This document shows positions 1-14,327 of a stretch of DNA of 64,000 nucleotides, piece by piece. The stretch comes from Lobosporangium transversale (Eukaryota), in NCBI RefSeq assembly GCF_002105155.1, contig NW_019029011.1, positions 124,001 through 188,000 of the forward strand. The letters run 5' to 3'. The stretch's first letter is position 1. Each line of letters opens with the position of its first letter. The notes below the pieces were generated by a model. That model searched no databases. It was not told the DNA's origin and worked only from the letters and a program-made list of their open reading frames with translations. Both the position numbers and the translations under genes were made by a program.

Positions 1-3000
1 TCTTTACAGGTATCATAATCCTGAGATGAGCTATCCTCATACACGCGAGAATCCGAACTCTCGATATTTAGTTGATCATGATTATCTATGCCAAACTCGT
101 ATGGCGGACATGGCCAAACGCCGTTAGGACTAGATGACGTCCTGTCCTCGAATAATTGAGCCCTTTCCTTCATAACCAAGTGCCCATTGCTACCTTGCTT
201 TGTGGCCGTTTCATGGGCAGACAAGCAATGTTGCTGTTTTTGTTGTTGAGAAAGCTGTGAATCAGAGTTTTTGCGAAAGGTTAATGATAGGGCCCCTACA
301 ATTGCTGTAGTGGCAGAACTGCGGCGCTGATTCCATTCTAAAGTTTCCATTGAAACATTTCCTAGTTATTAATTCGTAAATCCTCTCGCTCGCCTTGAAT
401 GATAAAAAACAAAAATGGAAATAAAACTAACCAGCCTTTTCCTGATGACCACTTATAACACTGGTTAATGGCCGCCTGCTGGTTCCAGAGCCATGCCTAC
501 GTAAGATCCGATTTGTCAAGGAAGGATATGGAAGAGATCCGGCAGAGCCTGTGTCTTTTTCACTTTGGTCCTGGATCACTGTACTGTGGTGACAATTATT
601 AACTCTGTTACTATTGTTTGGAGAAGGAGAGACATCGAAAGGCTGTCCAAGCGACGATGAACTCGAGTCATCGCTATAGCTGCAGCATGAGAACGATGTG
701 GATGTCGTTGGTTGCAACGAAAACTGCATTGCAGTATCAGCAGCGGAGACGACAGCATTAGTGGTGGCAATAGTAGTAGCAGAAGGATGGGGAGGAGTAG
801 ATAACGTAGTAGGTGTCGTCCAAATATTCTTTGTCGAGACGTCTTTAAACATATTTTGGATCAGTGTGCGCTGATTGGTTTTGATGCCGTTGCTACTGGA
901 TGATGCAAATACGCGAACGGCATCAAACGAATGGACTCTTTGGCGGCTCTCTGGTATGAGCCAAGGAATAGGCGTTGACGGGTAGAGTAGATGCGGTGGC
1001 GTTACAGTCCTTGAAAGATCCTGTGCTTGTCGTGACTTATAGACAGGACCGAGTTGAACATCATGGCCCTGCTCATTAATATCACTTTCCCAGCCAGCAG
1101 TAATATCGCCAATCCGCGCGCCATCGTGGCATTCAGATTGATATTGCTTCATGTTATTCAAATGTTCCATCGGAATAGAACCGCAATGTTGCTCGCTTGT
1201 GGGTTTTGGCTGCAGGTATTGATTATCATGGTAAATGATCCCATCCAGTGTGTGAATGGACTGCCGTGTATTCAATGTTTCAGACTCGGCGGCTATCGCC
1301 GAAGACATGACCATTACCATAGCATTGGAGGATGCAGAAGGCGGCGGAGGCATAAGTGGTGATGGGATAGCTGTCGAGCCCGAAGACCATGGCGATGGTG
1401 ATGGTGAAGGAGAACGTTGGCGTGCTAAAACATGGCGCGCAGAGCTACAGCCTAGAGTTTGAGCGTTGCTCAGTTTCCAGGGAAGCGAGGAGACGACCGT
1501 CTCAAACGCTGCGATCTCCCTTGGTAGCTTTGCGTAGGCATCCTTAGAAGCTTGAATACGTTCCCGGAGAGTATTCACCCAGGTATCCCGCTCTCTCGCA
1601 TTGCTAGCTCCGAAGTCAATCCGATAATGATCAAACACGATTTTCCACCCAAAGCGTGTGTATCCTAACAATCATCAAGGTGGCGCGACGGTTATTTTTT
1701 TTATTTTTTTTACGTCAACATGCACACTCTAACAAAGCTTATTCAGAATGTGATCAAGAATCTTCCAGGTCATTCACATACCGTCAAGTTGTGTTGTCTC
1801 ATGCAATTCGCAGAGTCGGAGAGGAAGCCACTGCCGTGGCTCATACAGGCTTGTTTTCTTAGCCTTGACAATAACTAGCATAGTGTTAAACAGGAAGCAT
1901 CCATAATACTTGAGTCGGATCGGTATATCAGGCGTAATAACATATTCGAGCGCCCCAGCAAGCACAATGGAGCCTAGAGTTGCAGCAAAGGCTTTTGTCA
2001 AGACTGTTGGCGCAACGTCCTCACAACTAGGACTAAAGTCAGATAAGCCTTCGGGAGAAGACCTAGGAACATGCTTTGGCGCCGCACGGCTGTTTCCGCA
2101 ATGCATATCGTCTGCTGAGCAAAGATAACAAGGATGGATTGAAGCACCACTATTGTAGGAACAGATAACGTTTCCATTTCCATCTCCACTCCCGTGCTCA
2201 TTCTCATTAGACTGGCTGCTGTGGCCATTCTGGACCTCGTTTAAAGCCCCGATTCCAGCCACTAGGCGTTCTTTAGTTGAAGGGCCAATCTTTTTTGGGA
2301 AGCTGGAATCGGGAAATTTCCTGAGAATTTGTTCTGTCAAGAGCTTGCGCTCTACGGCTCGCTGCGTCTCGTCCATCTCACGCGCCTTCCCCCTCATAAA
2401 CTGATATGCTCGGCTAATGTACTCATGTTCAGGATCATTCTCGTTTGTTAGTCGTAGGATCTCTTTGAGCAAGAGGGGGTACCGACAGATGCGTTGGATG
2501 GGTTTGATCAAGAAATCTTTCAGATCAGTGCGTGAACTGGGTCGATGCTGCAATGCCATAAGCTCCTTACTCTCCTTCTGTAAAAGAGCCATGGTTGCTT
2601 GACCTCCAGACCGACTGATTTCATTTATGGTCCGCATTCGTAACTCAGCAAATATACCATATAGACTATTGCCATGGTTCTAGTCGCAAGCCGAAAGTGT
2701 AAAAGAAATAAGTTCATCGATTCATCAACTCACTGAAGAACCAAAGAAAAGGGGAAAAGAAAAAATAGAAAATTAGGACAAATGCAATATCTCCTTTTTT
2801 TTTCTTCTAGCGCCTACCATCAATGAAAAGGCTTCAGCTAGATTCTTGTAAACTATAAGAGGGGCTTGATGGTCGCGATCAGACTCATAAATCTTGCTAG
2901 TTTTCAGACGCGCATGAAGCCCTCGGTGCATCACCAATAGCCCGCTAACACATCGTCGCATCTTAGCTAGAATCAGTTGAGGAAACCATGACTTTGACTC

Positions 3001-6000
3001 GAGCGCTTGCAAATACACCTATTTAATGCATTGGTATAAACACAATTATAAAGTCAACTTAGGCACATACTTCTTTAGAGTCAATATCACCTACAATAGC
3101 CTTTACATGTCCTTACATGAAGAAGGACGTCCAAATCATCCACATAACTCTTCTCAGTGGTTTCGAGCTCGAGGAGGGCATGCGACCTTTTCATAAATCG
3201 TTTTATCTCGCCAGCATCAATGGCAGGTTGTGTCTCAATGGTGAAGGCTTCGAGTGCAGATGACAGAGTGGAATCAAGAACAGATGTTGTAGCATTAAGG
3301 GAATCGGCTGCTGAGTCTATTCTTGAAGGCTCGAGCGCCAACCTATCTTCATTCCGTAGATATTCCCGTTCCTTTGGTAACGATCCACAATCATAACTCT
3401 CTTGATTGGCCTCAGTTATTGTCGTGATCTCCGTAAGAAAAGGATCAATGCTCTTATAGTTCCCGTTTGAGGATTCCAACGGATACTCTGACTCTTCTTG
3501 AGTAATCGCTTCGTGTGATGGTCGGTAGCTCATGCTTTTTTGAGGTTGGAAGATAGAATGATTGCCACCGAGCCCATCAATACAATTTTTCGAAGCTACC
3601 CATGCCTCTATTTCCGCTGTTTCTGAAGCAATATCAAGCATAGGGGTATTAATGGCATTCATTCCAGTCATTGTTTCTAAAACCGGTACTCTGTGCGTTT
3701 GAATATCGGGCAAGCGACCGGCTTTAGCGTCATGCTTTCTGATGCGACGATCCTGTATGTCCAGAAGCGCCTTTTTAGATGAGCTAAAGCTTAGTGATGG
3801 ACGATGCGACATGCTACTGCAACTCTCGCTGCGCTTTTGATATTGTATCCTGCCTCTTTGTCGTCGTCGCCCTTGCCTTTTGAAAGGCTCTGAGCTCTCA
3901 GAGATATGTTTATCACTATGGTTGATGAGTGTTTTCACAGAAGGTCGCTGATGCAGGATGCTGTCCTTAAGATGGCCTAATCCTAAGTTGTCTTCCTGTC
4001 CCATTGAGGAGGATGTGGAGCAGGTACTGTCAACGACATGGCCAAGGTTGCTATCAGGTAATGGTATAGGATACCTATCCAAGGTTTTGCTCAAGGGGTA
4101 CGCTTGGGCCATATTATAGGGGAGACTGTAATGATGATAGTGTTGGTTCTTACGCGGCTTAAAGACCGCATTCTTTTCCTCAGCTAGGCTCTCCTTCATA
4201 GGAAATCGGAATGAGTCCAATCGCTTTAGTGTAGAAATCATGGTTGCTGAGGATGAGCTTGATGTCGCATACTCCAAAGGCGCCTCTTGTGGTTTGGACT
4301 CCTTCTTAATCGGCAACTTAACAGTGAGCGACGGAGAGAGACATGATTTGGGTGACAGTGCCATGATGTATTTTGTATCCGAGCTATCAGTCAGCGGACT
4401 GTGATCAATGCAAAAGTTTTCGGCATGCGCGATTGTAACTTGCCTCAATGGCTCTGGCTCTTTGTCCATACAGATCAATAAACTTTTGCTGTCATTTCCT
4501 TGGTCTCTATAATTACTTTGAACGACCGCCCTTTTCTTTGTCCAATTGCTGACTGATGTATCTGAGTGAGTGGTATTTGGGGAGGTGAGTGCTAATGGAG
4601 TTAGTGCTGACGTTGGTGCTTGAACTGGCACTGAGGCTGAATGAACTGGAACTGAGGCTGAAGTTGGTATATACAATAACGACTTTTTAGTGGGCCCTAT
4701 AGATAATCGAAATGGGATGGCCATTGTAGCCATGCAGAGCGATCGCCTTATTGCCGAAGATGACCGTTTGGTGGCGAGGTAACGTTTGAATCGAAAAGTT
4801 GGATGCTTGATTTGTCGCAGAAGCTCAAAAATGCGCTGATCTAAATATTTCTCCTTGAGGCATAATGTTTGTGCATAGTGTTGCTTTCGTCGCAATCTAC
4901 CTGTACTAGCTTGTTGATTCTGTGGCCTTTGTTTCCACTGAATACGTTGCCATAGTTGTGAGGGTGTACGTTGAGAAGCGGTAGGGTATCGAACTTGAGT
5001 GTGATCTGGGTTGGATACTAAACCAAGAGGGTCTTCTCCAACATTACTAAGAAGAGGCGTTGAAGTCAAGGGTATATGGCCTGCATAGGTGAATTGTGGT
5101 GTTGACTGCGGGAGAAACTGCATAGTTGAAGTTATTTTGGCCCCTGCTGTTATCGATGCTGCAATGCTTGAAGTTGTCGTTTCAGTAGGAATACACCTGG
5201 ACGGTGAGTAATACAAAGGAGACGAATCAACAAGAATGACTGAAGATGAAGATTGGGTGATGTCAAATTGAGTTAAAAAGAGTGGTTGATCGCATCTGTG
5301 GCCCTTTTTTTCTTCATTGTGTATATTATCAGACTTTTCGCAGCCGATTACACGCATATCAGTCGGTGCAGTATCATGATCATAAGTCTGTGCTGCATCT
5401 CTGCATTGTTGAGCAAGAATAGAGTACCTATCTGCAGTAGCCAATTCATATTTGATCTTCGTAACAAGTGGCCATACAATCGTCCTTGTCTTTGTTCTTA
5501 TCGGTACCAAATCCAGGCCTGTAGAAGATGTAGATCGTAGATACTTAAGAAATATTCCTTTAGGATGGGCTATTCGTGCCCGAGTATTTCCAGGTGAATA
5601 TCTCAACCTATCCAATGATGGCAACGAACGTGAGGTAAATGAGGTTGATGTAGTGATGGGATGTACTATGGGTGTGGGCAAGAATAACGGCTGTTTTCGA
5701 TCATTGTTTATGATACTTTGACATTCTGACAAATGTAATGTGAGATAAGAAGAGCATGTAGAAAGAGATGAGTGGAGGTTAAGGGTTGGCGGTCTGGAGC
5801 GACAGTTATGTTCCTGCGAAGGGTTTTGAGGATAAGCAGCTCCATGGATATAGGATCGTTGCGGGGGACACGAAAATAAACAAGAGTCATACGATGTGTC
5901 GGTTCTGTCTATGTTAGGGCCATTGCTGCCCATTTCCACGAGATGTGGCCAGGAGTGACATGAAATTAGGACAGGGGGTTGCACTGACGTTGAAGTAAGG

Positions 6001-6659
6001 GCTTGAGATGATGATGAAAATGATGGGCATCGATTGGATCCAAGAATAGCCACCGAGCGGTAAATAGATGGAGGATGAGAGCGAGAGCGAGAGCGAATAA
6101 TGTGTAAAGATTTGAGACGGTTGGGGAAACTGATCCGGTTCCAAAGCATGGGCTCCCTAGTAGTCCTTAATTGTAATAAGGTTGAAGGGAGGTGTGTTAA
6201 ATGGGGACAAGAGGACGGTACTGTGCTGGATCGTCTACGTTGCCGTTGTTGCATCTTTTGTCTGTATCCCTGTGGTAGAAATTGGCAGTAGGCACAGCAG
6301 CAGCGGTAGTTTGTACACTGATGATGATGATGACAATAACAGGCACGTTGAGTCGCAGTCCTTTGGGTAGATTTTCGGGATCGTGACAAATAGCTTGGTC
6401 GCTTCGCTGATGTGAAAGCAAGAACGCGAGGAAAACAAAGCATGCATTTAATTGTTACTGGTGCACAGATCATTTTGCTTGGTAACACAAAGTTAAGTTG
6501 ATGTGGTGATGAGGGCAAAAAGGTTTGGTGTTGGAGGGTAGGTTTAAAAGAACAACGACCAAAGTTGGTGGTAGGTGTAGAGGTGGTTGAGAGCGTTGAT
6601 TTCGCATTGAATGATTGCGGATGACGAAAAGAGTATTCTATGGTTGGTTGTGCGGACAT
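1..6659 (-). CDS. Rho guanine-nucleotide exchange factor (DH-PH) with very long low-complexity N-terminus; 3' end lies beyond the window start
   Basis: Exons about 6659-3117, 3018-2818, 2679-1782, 1664-432 and 361-<1, joined by phase-compatible GT-AG introns. DH motifs KRSHALLELETTEKSYVDDLDVL and DFLIKPIQRICRYPLLLKEIL; PH-like LAGALEY...KYYGCFLFNTMLVIVKAKK...WLPL...FGASNARERDTWVNTL. The true start codon is uncertain. Confidence 0.85.
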
Positions 6660-8978
6660 CACTCGTTAATAGAACGGTACGAAGCCCTAGCTAATCTCTA
6701 AAAGAAATACTACAAAGTGATGAACGGGGCAACAAAGAAGAAAACCAAGCCTAAAGCATAGACATCAGAAAGCAAATACAAAACCAGATCAACATGTGGA
6801 ACAGTGGCAATAATAATGATAATAATGACAGTGGTGGCAATGATGGTAATAGCAATAGGGAAGTGTGACGATTGTAAGCAGAAGCGTTGTGTGTAGCTAG
6901 TCGAATATGGCTTAGTGGGATACCGAAGGCTATTTTTGTTTTCTGTTGTCTCGCAGACATGAACGCACCATCAACAAATTGAATGCAACAATTGGAAAGG
7001 CTCGGGTGCACGCAGGCACTCATTCAGCCATGCAGTTAAGAAAATAAGGTCGAAGTATTAAAAAAATATAGAAAAAGAAAACAAAAGGAAGGTCAGAACA
7101 ATCTTTGGAATAGAGTAAGGATCAAGGTGAAAATGTATCAGATTGAAAGACAGAGAGAGGGAAAGAGAAAGAAAAGAATGAGAATTTGATGAGACTGAAC
7201 AGATGCAGGACAAGATTGGACAAAAAAGGGCGAAAGCAAGACTAGGAGGAGAGTTAAAGAAAGAATGGGGTAATAACCAGTCAATGGAATTAAAAGACAA
7301 TCATCGCTTGCAATATTAGTATTAAAAATTGGCATGATGAAAAGAAAAGAGGGACAAACATGCTCATCTATTCAAAGCTCAAGTGATACAAAGGCTCAAG
7401 TAACTTGAAAAGCGTTTACTCGGACAAATATAACTGGAATGTTTATTAATGGTGCTGCTCTCCTCCTGTTTCCTTCTGTCTCTTGGACATGGGATATGTA
7501 GGGATCCCTGAAGAATAAGCAACAACAACCAGGTGGATGCTTGGGTCACACAAACACACTGCAGTCTAAATAAAAGCAATGGATGGTTCATGTCAATCTC
7601 ATTCTACACATGTGGCCATGAACATTCGTTTTTAGCTTTAGCATTTTGCTCCCAATTCCACTCATTTTTATCAATGCTCACACTCAACACCAAAAGAGTC
7701 GTTGAACTTCAAACCATGCTCTCAGCAAGAGACCCTATACAACAACATCTTAGTGTGAATTTCAATTGCTCTAGCTCCCTTTCTTTCTCCACATTAGTCA
7801 TTAGTCTGTTCGTTGTCCTTTACACACTCCTCTTTTGTTATTCTATATCTCTGTAAGCAAATTAAATTAGCACTGCTTATATTTTATACTCTTTATTACC
7901 GACGTGGTCAAGACGACATGAAAGGCATGGTCTTCAATAATTCTTGCTTCTTCTTCTATCCTACCCACCGCCCTTACTGATATTCCCACGCAACGGATAT
8001 TTATGTCTCCTACAGCAACATCTCTTTCACTGAACACTTAGGACATATTCTAATCAATACAGACATGGCCCTCTTGTTTGAGCGCACAGAGCGCCGTAGT
8101 AACGTCTGTATTATTCACTGCGCCATTCGTCTTCACTACGAACCTCGTAGTTAGTGAGCTGGCATTCGTCACAAGGTTAAAGTAACGGTAGTCCATATGA
8201 AGTAAATGGTATGCGGCTTACGTGTCAAACCCCTCTTTTTCCTTTTACATATCAACCACGAATACTTTTAGTTCTGGAAGTCGTTTGCCGAAATCTTTAG
8301 GATAACCTTCCTGGTTACTTTTTGGAGCTGGAGCTATTATCTAGTATCTTCACCGTCTACAGCTCATTATCTTGGTGAGCTTAGGATGGAATCTTGGTCT
8401 TATTGTTGCCATTCATGTCGTCGGCAGTGTCTTTACAATGAGAGATATTGGAGCACCCACTCACTCATTCCTATCTCAACCTCACTTGGCCATCAGAAAT
8501 AACTTTGCCCTGAACCCTGCTCGCGACGTAGCTCCACCTGTATTCACCAACTTTGCTAGATGGGCTTTAGTTAGTTCTCTCGCCTGGATCGATATCTCTA
8601 TTACCAATTGTTGATTCTTTCCTTGGAGCCATTAGTGGAGTTTTTAATGTCAAAGACATGACATATTCTCTTTGTTTGCTCTCTTGTCACCTTGCCTACT
8701 AATATGGATAATTTTTTATCTTGCATTTGATGATAGCGTTCGGCCTTTTCATCTATGCATCTATGCTTGTGGCCTCACCTCATTGAACAACTAATGCAGA
8801 ATCATCCATAAAACATAAAAATATTTATTGTAACATTTCGTTCTTTGTACAGAACGAACGATAAAAGAAGGTGCGCCGATATTCTCTGATGATAATTCTG
8901 TTAACATAAGACGTCTTAAACCCGGTCTACAAAAGCTAGCTTGTTTGACACCCGTCTATGTTTCTTATGATCAAGCTT

Positions 8979-9080
8979 CTACTCCTTCTGTATCCAGAAA
9001 TTCTCCTTGGATATTTTTGCCTTTTCAACAATATATTTCCCTTCTTTGTACTTTTGCGATTCTTCAAAGGCGTATATCTA

Positions 9081-9117
<37 letters not shown>

Positions 9118-9611
9118 GTATAGCTTAATTATGATGAAAAGTATAAGAAGGCAAAGAGTTTTCTTTCTATTCATTCACTATAACACCCATTGACATAGCA
9201 AACTTGCATAGATCCATCCAACCACACTCTGACAAATAGAACACCCAATATCAGCTACGGAATGTAGACCCGTCATCAAGATTCTGTCCTCTTTAGGCCC
9301 GAGCGTGATGTTGTGAACATTCTTGAACAAGTAAGCACGACCATGTCGTCCTTGAAATCCCTAATTAACATCGATTGAAGACATACTGTTCAATGCCTAC
9401 TGAATTTGTCTTTCTCCATGTATGAATGTCAAGTGCTTCTTCAGGGATACGCTTGCTACTTCTACTTTCAAGACTTTATTGGCTTGTTTAGTACCTTGGA
9501 GACGACATCTTCATTTCTAGCAAGGTGGGTATGACAGCTGGCGCAAGTGTAAATCTGATCTCCATTCAAGTATATCTGATGCGCCTGAGGATCATCCAAG
9601 TGCTCAGCCAT
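8979..9611 (-). CDS. MOH1: Yippee/YPEL (Moh1-like) zinc-binding protein
   Basis: Exons 9611-9495, 9360-9208 and 9077-8979 give MAEHLDD...[11 protein letters not shown]...[14 protein letters not shown]...[43 protein letters not shown], with the two CxxC pairs of Yippee. The second intron is GC-AG. Confidence 0.92.
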
Positions 9612-10254
9612 ATTTACTAACTTCAAGTGAGTATGAAAGAGTAAAGGGGGAAGGGAGTGGTAGAAGGAGAAAAAAGAGAAAGAGAATGTGGTACAAAATT
9701 TGAATTTGTCCCAGAATAAACGAGGTAGACAAGCCTCTCTCTCCTTCGCCCAGGTCAGTCTAACCATTTCCCAAATGATCGCATTGCATCTGCAACAACA
9801 GAACTTTTGGCATGGCAAAATAGGTTAAGGGATTGCATCTATCAACCAATTGCCATCATTAATATCTATCTCAATTCAGCGACAGGTTGCTTCGATGTAG
9901 TCTTGGAAATAGCATGAAAGAAACGTTGTATTGGTCTAGGACAAGGATGGTGTCTGTGGTTATCATTCATTTAATGCTCTAATAAATCCAATGACATTGG
10001 TATCTTTATTATTGAAAATTCAGTGGCCTTGCTTCCAGTGTCTGCGCCATTCCATGTCAATGCGCATGAAAAGATGCTGTATGTTGCACCTGACTAAACT
10101 TTTTTTTTAACCGTGGTTTGTCCTTTTTTACTCATCCTTCGTCATCTCATCTCAACTTTTAGGATTAGCTCGCGTCAATTTTTTTTTTTCTTTGGCATTG
10201 CATTCAGAAGTAACACGCTGATCCCAGACATATTACACTCTCTTAAGGTCTGCC

Positions 10255-13200
10255 ATGTCAGATTACATCCTCAGCCCACAAATCGCCAGGGGTTTGTCCG
10301 ACAAGCTCTATGACAAACGCAAGAGTGCAGCTCTTGAGGTTGAGAAGTAAATAACGACAGATTGTAGTAGACAATAACAGGAAAAGAGGATGCACTATTG
10401 CTTCAACACTACCCCTATTAATTTTATATCTTTAAAACAATATATTCTTATTGCTCTCTTCATTATACGATGCCACGCCCATTGTAGAAACATCCATGGA
10501 TATATCTACCACGACCAGAAGGACAAGATAGCGAAGACGATCTCGGCCCTTGTTGAGGACTTCGTGTATTCGCTCTCACCCAACGCTCGCAATGGAGGCT
10601 TGATTGGATTAGCTGCTGCTTCCATCTCTCTTGGAAATGTATATTTTTCTCGGTCGATTTTTTTTAACATTAGAATACCACAATAAGTACTAAAGTATTG
10701 TTTGTCTCGTCCTGATCGATTTAGGGCGTGCCCTCGTATCTTGACCGCATTGTACCTCCAGTTATCATGTGTTTTGCCGATCAGGATTCATGCGTTCGCT
10801 ACTATGCCTGTGAAAGTATGTACAACATTGCCAAGGTAGCAAGAGGCAGTATCCTTCGGTATTTTAATGAGCTCTTTGATGCCATGAGCAAGGTATAAAA
10901 AGCAAATATCATGTAATTTAGTCGACTGGATTCCCTATGGTCAACCAACCCTATACTGACTTCCACCGCTTCGCCTGCTATCTTCTGGTGGTGATGAATG
11001 ATAACAATAGCTTTATGCAGATCAAGAGTTATCAGTCACTGGAGGTGCTGAATTGCTTGATCGTCTTGTCAAGGATATAGTGCATGAACAGTCCGTTGTC
11101 TACTCTGGACCTATCACTCATATTGACGATCAGGATCCACAGCAACTAGCATTATCTCTTCCTCGGGAATCGCAGTTTTCACTTCCACGATTTATCCCTC
11201 TTCTTGCAGAACGTGTCTACAGCAAGAATTCCCGGACCCGTAATTACCTCGTCACCTGGATTGAGGTATTGGACTCAATTCCCGACCTAGAGTTGGTTGC
11301 ATATCTTCCCGATTTTCTCGACGGACTACTCTACTTTTTGAGCGATTCCAATCCAGATGTGAAGACTTTGACTCAAAAACTGTTAAACGACTTTTTAACT
11401 GAGATTCGCGAGGTGGCGGAGCTTCAGCAACAACAGCAGCACGAACAATTGCAAGCGCGTCTTAAGCAACTTCAAATGCAAGAGGGTCAAAAGAGATCGA
11501 GCTTTGATGATTTATCTGTGTCTGGAGATTTCGATCTTTTGGAGAATGAATCTACAGGGCATGGAAAGGGCAACTGGGTTCCTGGTCAAGGAGTTAAAGT
11601 TAACTATGCAAAAATTGTAAAAATCTTGAAACCACATTTGACATCGACCGATGAAGACATTCAGGAGACCGCTTTGCGCTGGATCAACGAATTCATGAGT
11701 CTAGCCAAGGATGTCATGATTCAATTTACACCAACTCTTATACCTGCTGTTCTACCCTGTCTAGCTCATTCGGTGGATTCAATTCGTGCAATCGCCAATG
11801 AAACTAATTTGAGCTTGTATACACTCGTGCTTGAGTCAGCGCTCCCACCGAAACCTCAACATACATCGTCGCCGTTAGACGTAATAACTTCTGAGCGTCC
11901 ACTCCATCCTCCACGGTCACCGAGGATTGAAGATCGCTCGACTATGTCCTTTGGAACATCTGGGTCCCTTGCTTCAAAAATCTCTGCCAACAGCGCTCCT
12001 AAAGATCAAACAAAGGATACCGTAGGTCGTGCCGCTTCACCTACTCCACAAAAGCCAGTGACCGATCAGCTTGAGTTTGATTATGTGGCTACCGTACATG
12101 CGTTGACACTTCAGTTCCTTAATGAGCATGAACAAACACGCATTGCAAGTTTAGAATGGTTGCTTATGTTACACAAACGAGCTCCACACTTAATCTTAGC
12201 AATCGATGATGGCAGTTTCCCAGTACTGTTGAAGACCCTTTCTGACCCATCTGAGGAGGTCATCAAACGTGATCTTCAGCTGTTAGCGCAAATCTCTTCA
12301 TATTCAGATGACGCTTATTTTTATAACTTTATGCTCAATTTACTGTCATTATTCAGCACTGAAAACCAATTGCTGGAGGTTCGAGGAAGCGTCATTATCC
12401 GACAACTTTGCGTGAGCTTAAACTCCGAGAAAATATATAGGACTCTAGCTGAAATTTTGGAAAAGGATGAGGATCTCGAGTTTGCAAACACAATGGTCCA
12501 GAACTTGAATATAATTCTTATTACTGCCCCTGAACTGGCAGACCTGCGGAGGCGACTCAAATCTACGGATAGTCGATCTAATCCAAACTCAGTAGGTTTT
12601 GTTACAATATAAGAGCAAAAAGCCAGTGATCTCAATTGAAACCAGATACTAATCTATTTTTTTTTATCTTCCAAGGATGGACAAGCATTGTTCACGGCAT
12701 TGTACAAGTCCTGGTGCCATAATCCTGTCTCCACCTTTTCTCTGTGCCTGATGGCCCAATATTATGAACACGCAGTCGAACTTCTTCAAACTTTGTAAGA
12801 AACCCTCAAGTATGAGATGTTTTGGCCGATTTAATCATTTCAGCCTTCTAACTGACATTTCCTTTATCTTATGCATAGCGCTGAATTTGAGATCACAGTA
12901 AATCTTCTCATTCAAATTGATAAGCTGGTACAACTATTAGAGTCACCTGTCTTTACATGTAAGGATGAGAAGCTCGCCCCCATGTATTTTTGACGAATAG
13001 ATCAATTCATATACTTAACTTCTTGATATCTATTTCTTTCCACAAATCTAGATCTTCGACTCCAGCTTTTAGAGCCGGAACGATACCCTCATCTGTTCAA
13101 GTGCCTATACGGGCTTTTAATGCTTCTTCCACAGAGTACAGCCTTCGTCACGCTTAGAAACAGATTGACGAGTGTTAGTTCGATGGGATTTATTCACTTG

Positions 13201-14181
13201 GTTCCAAAGATGTAAGTCTTGCCAAAGGCTCATACGCTATGTGTATGCCATTTTGTAGAAATAATATTTTAACAAAGTATACAAATCCCTACATCTATAA
13301 TTAGACCCAACAAGGGTAGTGCTCAAAGCAGCGCTCAGGGCAGCTCCCAGTCCTCAAGCACTGTCCCCGGGACTATGGGGGCAGCAAGGGCAAAGGCGGG
13401 TGCCTTGGTAACGACTAGTGCATATGGAGGCAACAGTGCTAGCTATCACACTGAAGGACCCAAATTTGCAGAGCTGCTTACTCAATTCAAGACAGTCCAG
13501 ATCCGCCATGAGCGCTCACGTCGTCAAGCACTCCAAGCACAACTGCGCATGAACACATATGGTAACAGCGGTTCTGGACTAGCTGGCACAGCTCACTATA
13601 ACCAACAACACTTATATTATCAGAAACATCAACAAAAACATCAAAGAAAGCATCAGCAGCAACTAGAGCACCTACAGCTCCAGCAACAGGTTCAGCACCA
13701 ACAGCAGTTGTATGGCCTTGCTCACCAACAGCAATCTGGAGCTTCTGAAGGATTCAATTCATCATCCTCATCGCGGTCTCACTACCAAGATGGAGCTTAC
13801 CATAAGGACCATAGTCATCAGGCCGAATCTTCTAATGATCAGGATTATGAACGTCAAGGCAGTAATAATGCATCTGTACCTCGTCGGAAAACTCGTGACC
13901 GCCACAGCCAGTTTGATATTATGCAGCAACAGCAACAGCAACAGCAACAACAACAGAGTCAGCAAAGCACAACTCCACTCAATCAACGCACTTCATTTAC
14001 CAAGAGCAGTCAAGGCAATGCTAACTCTCGATCACATGCATCGAATTCAGCCAGTACACCCCCACCAACGAATCACTCTATGACAGTAGCCTCCTCGTCT
14101 GCTGGGGGTGGTGTTGGTGGATCAAGTCTAGGCACGATCTCTCCATCGGCATCACCAGCTACTGGAAGTGGAAGTGGATAG
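10255..14181 (+). CDS. VAC14: VAC14, HEAT-repeat scaffold of the PI(3,5)P2 (Fab1/Fig4) complex
   Basis: Starts [31 protein letters not shown]. Contains [72 protein letters not shown] and [28 protein letters not shown]. Multiple GT-AG introns; Q/S-rich tail; stop at 14179-14181. Confidence 0.95.
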
Positions 14182-14327
14182 TGTTATAAATATGTAAACT
14201 TTGGTCAAAATAAAAGGGACTGCTTACGGAGCGATTGTAGTAGCCCATGCATGGACTGTGCGTAAAATTCAATCGTTTATTTCCACTTGTTCCTCGAAGG
14301 AGAAAAGCAACCTCATTTGTGCTTGTC

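Noticed and set aside
7900..8640. Coding-like composition on the minus strand between the RhoGEF and Yippee genes (possible pseudogene or transposon relic)
   Set aside because: All frames are broken by stops and I recognise no motif; a translated homology search would be needed.
9080..9118. T-run/A-run pseudo-palindromes and long poly(A)/poly(T) tracts in introns and intergenic DNA
   Set aside because: Common throughout the window and lacking TSDs; treated as background homopolymer expansion.
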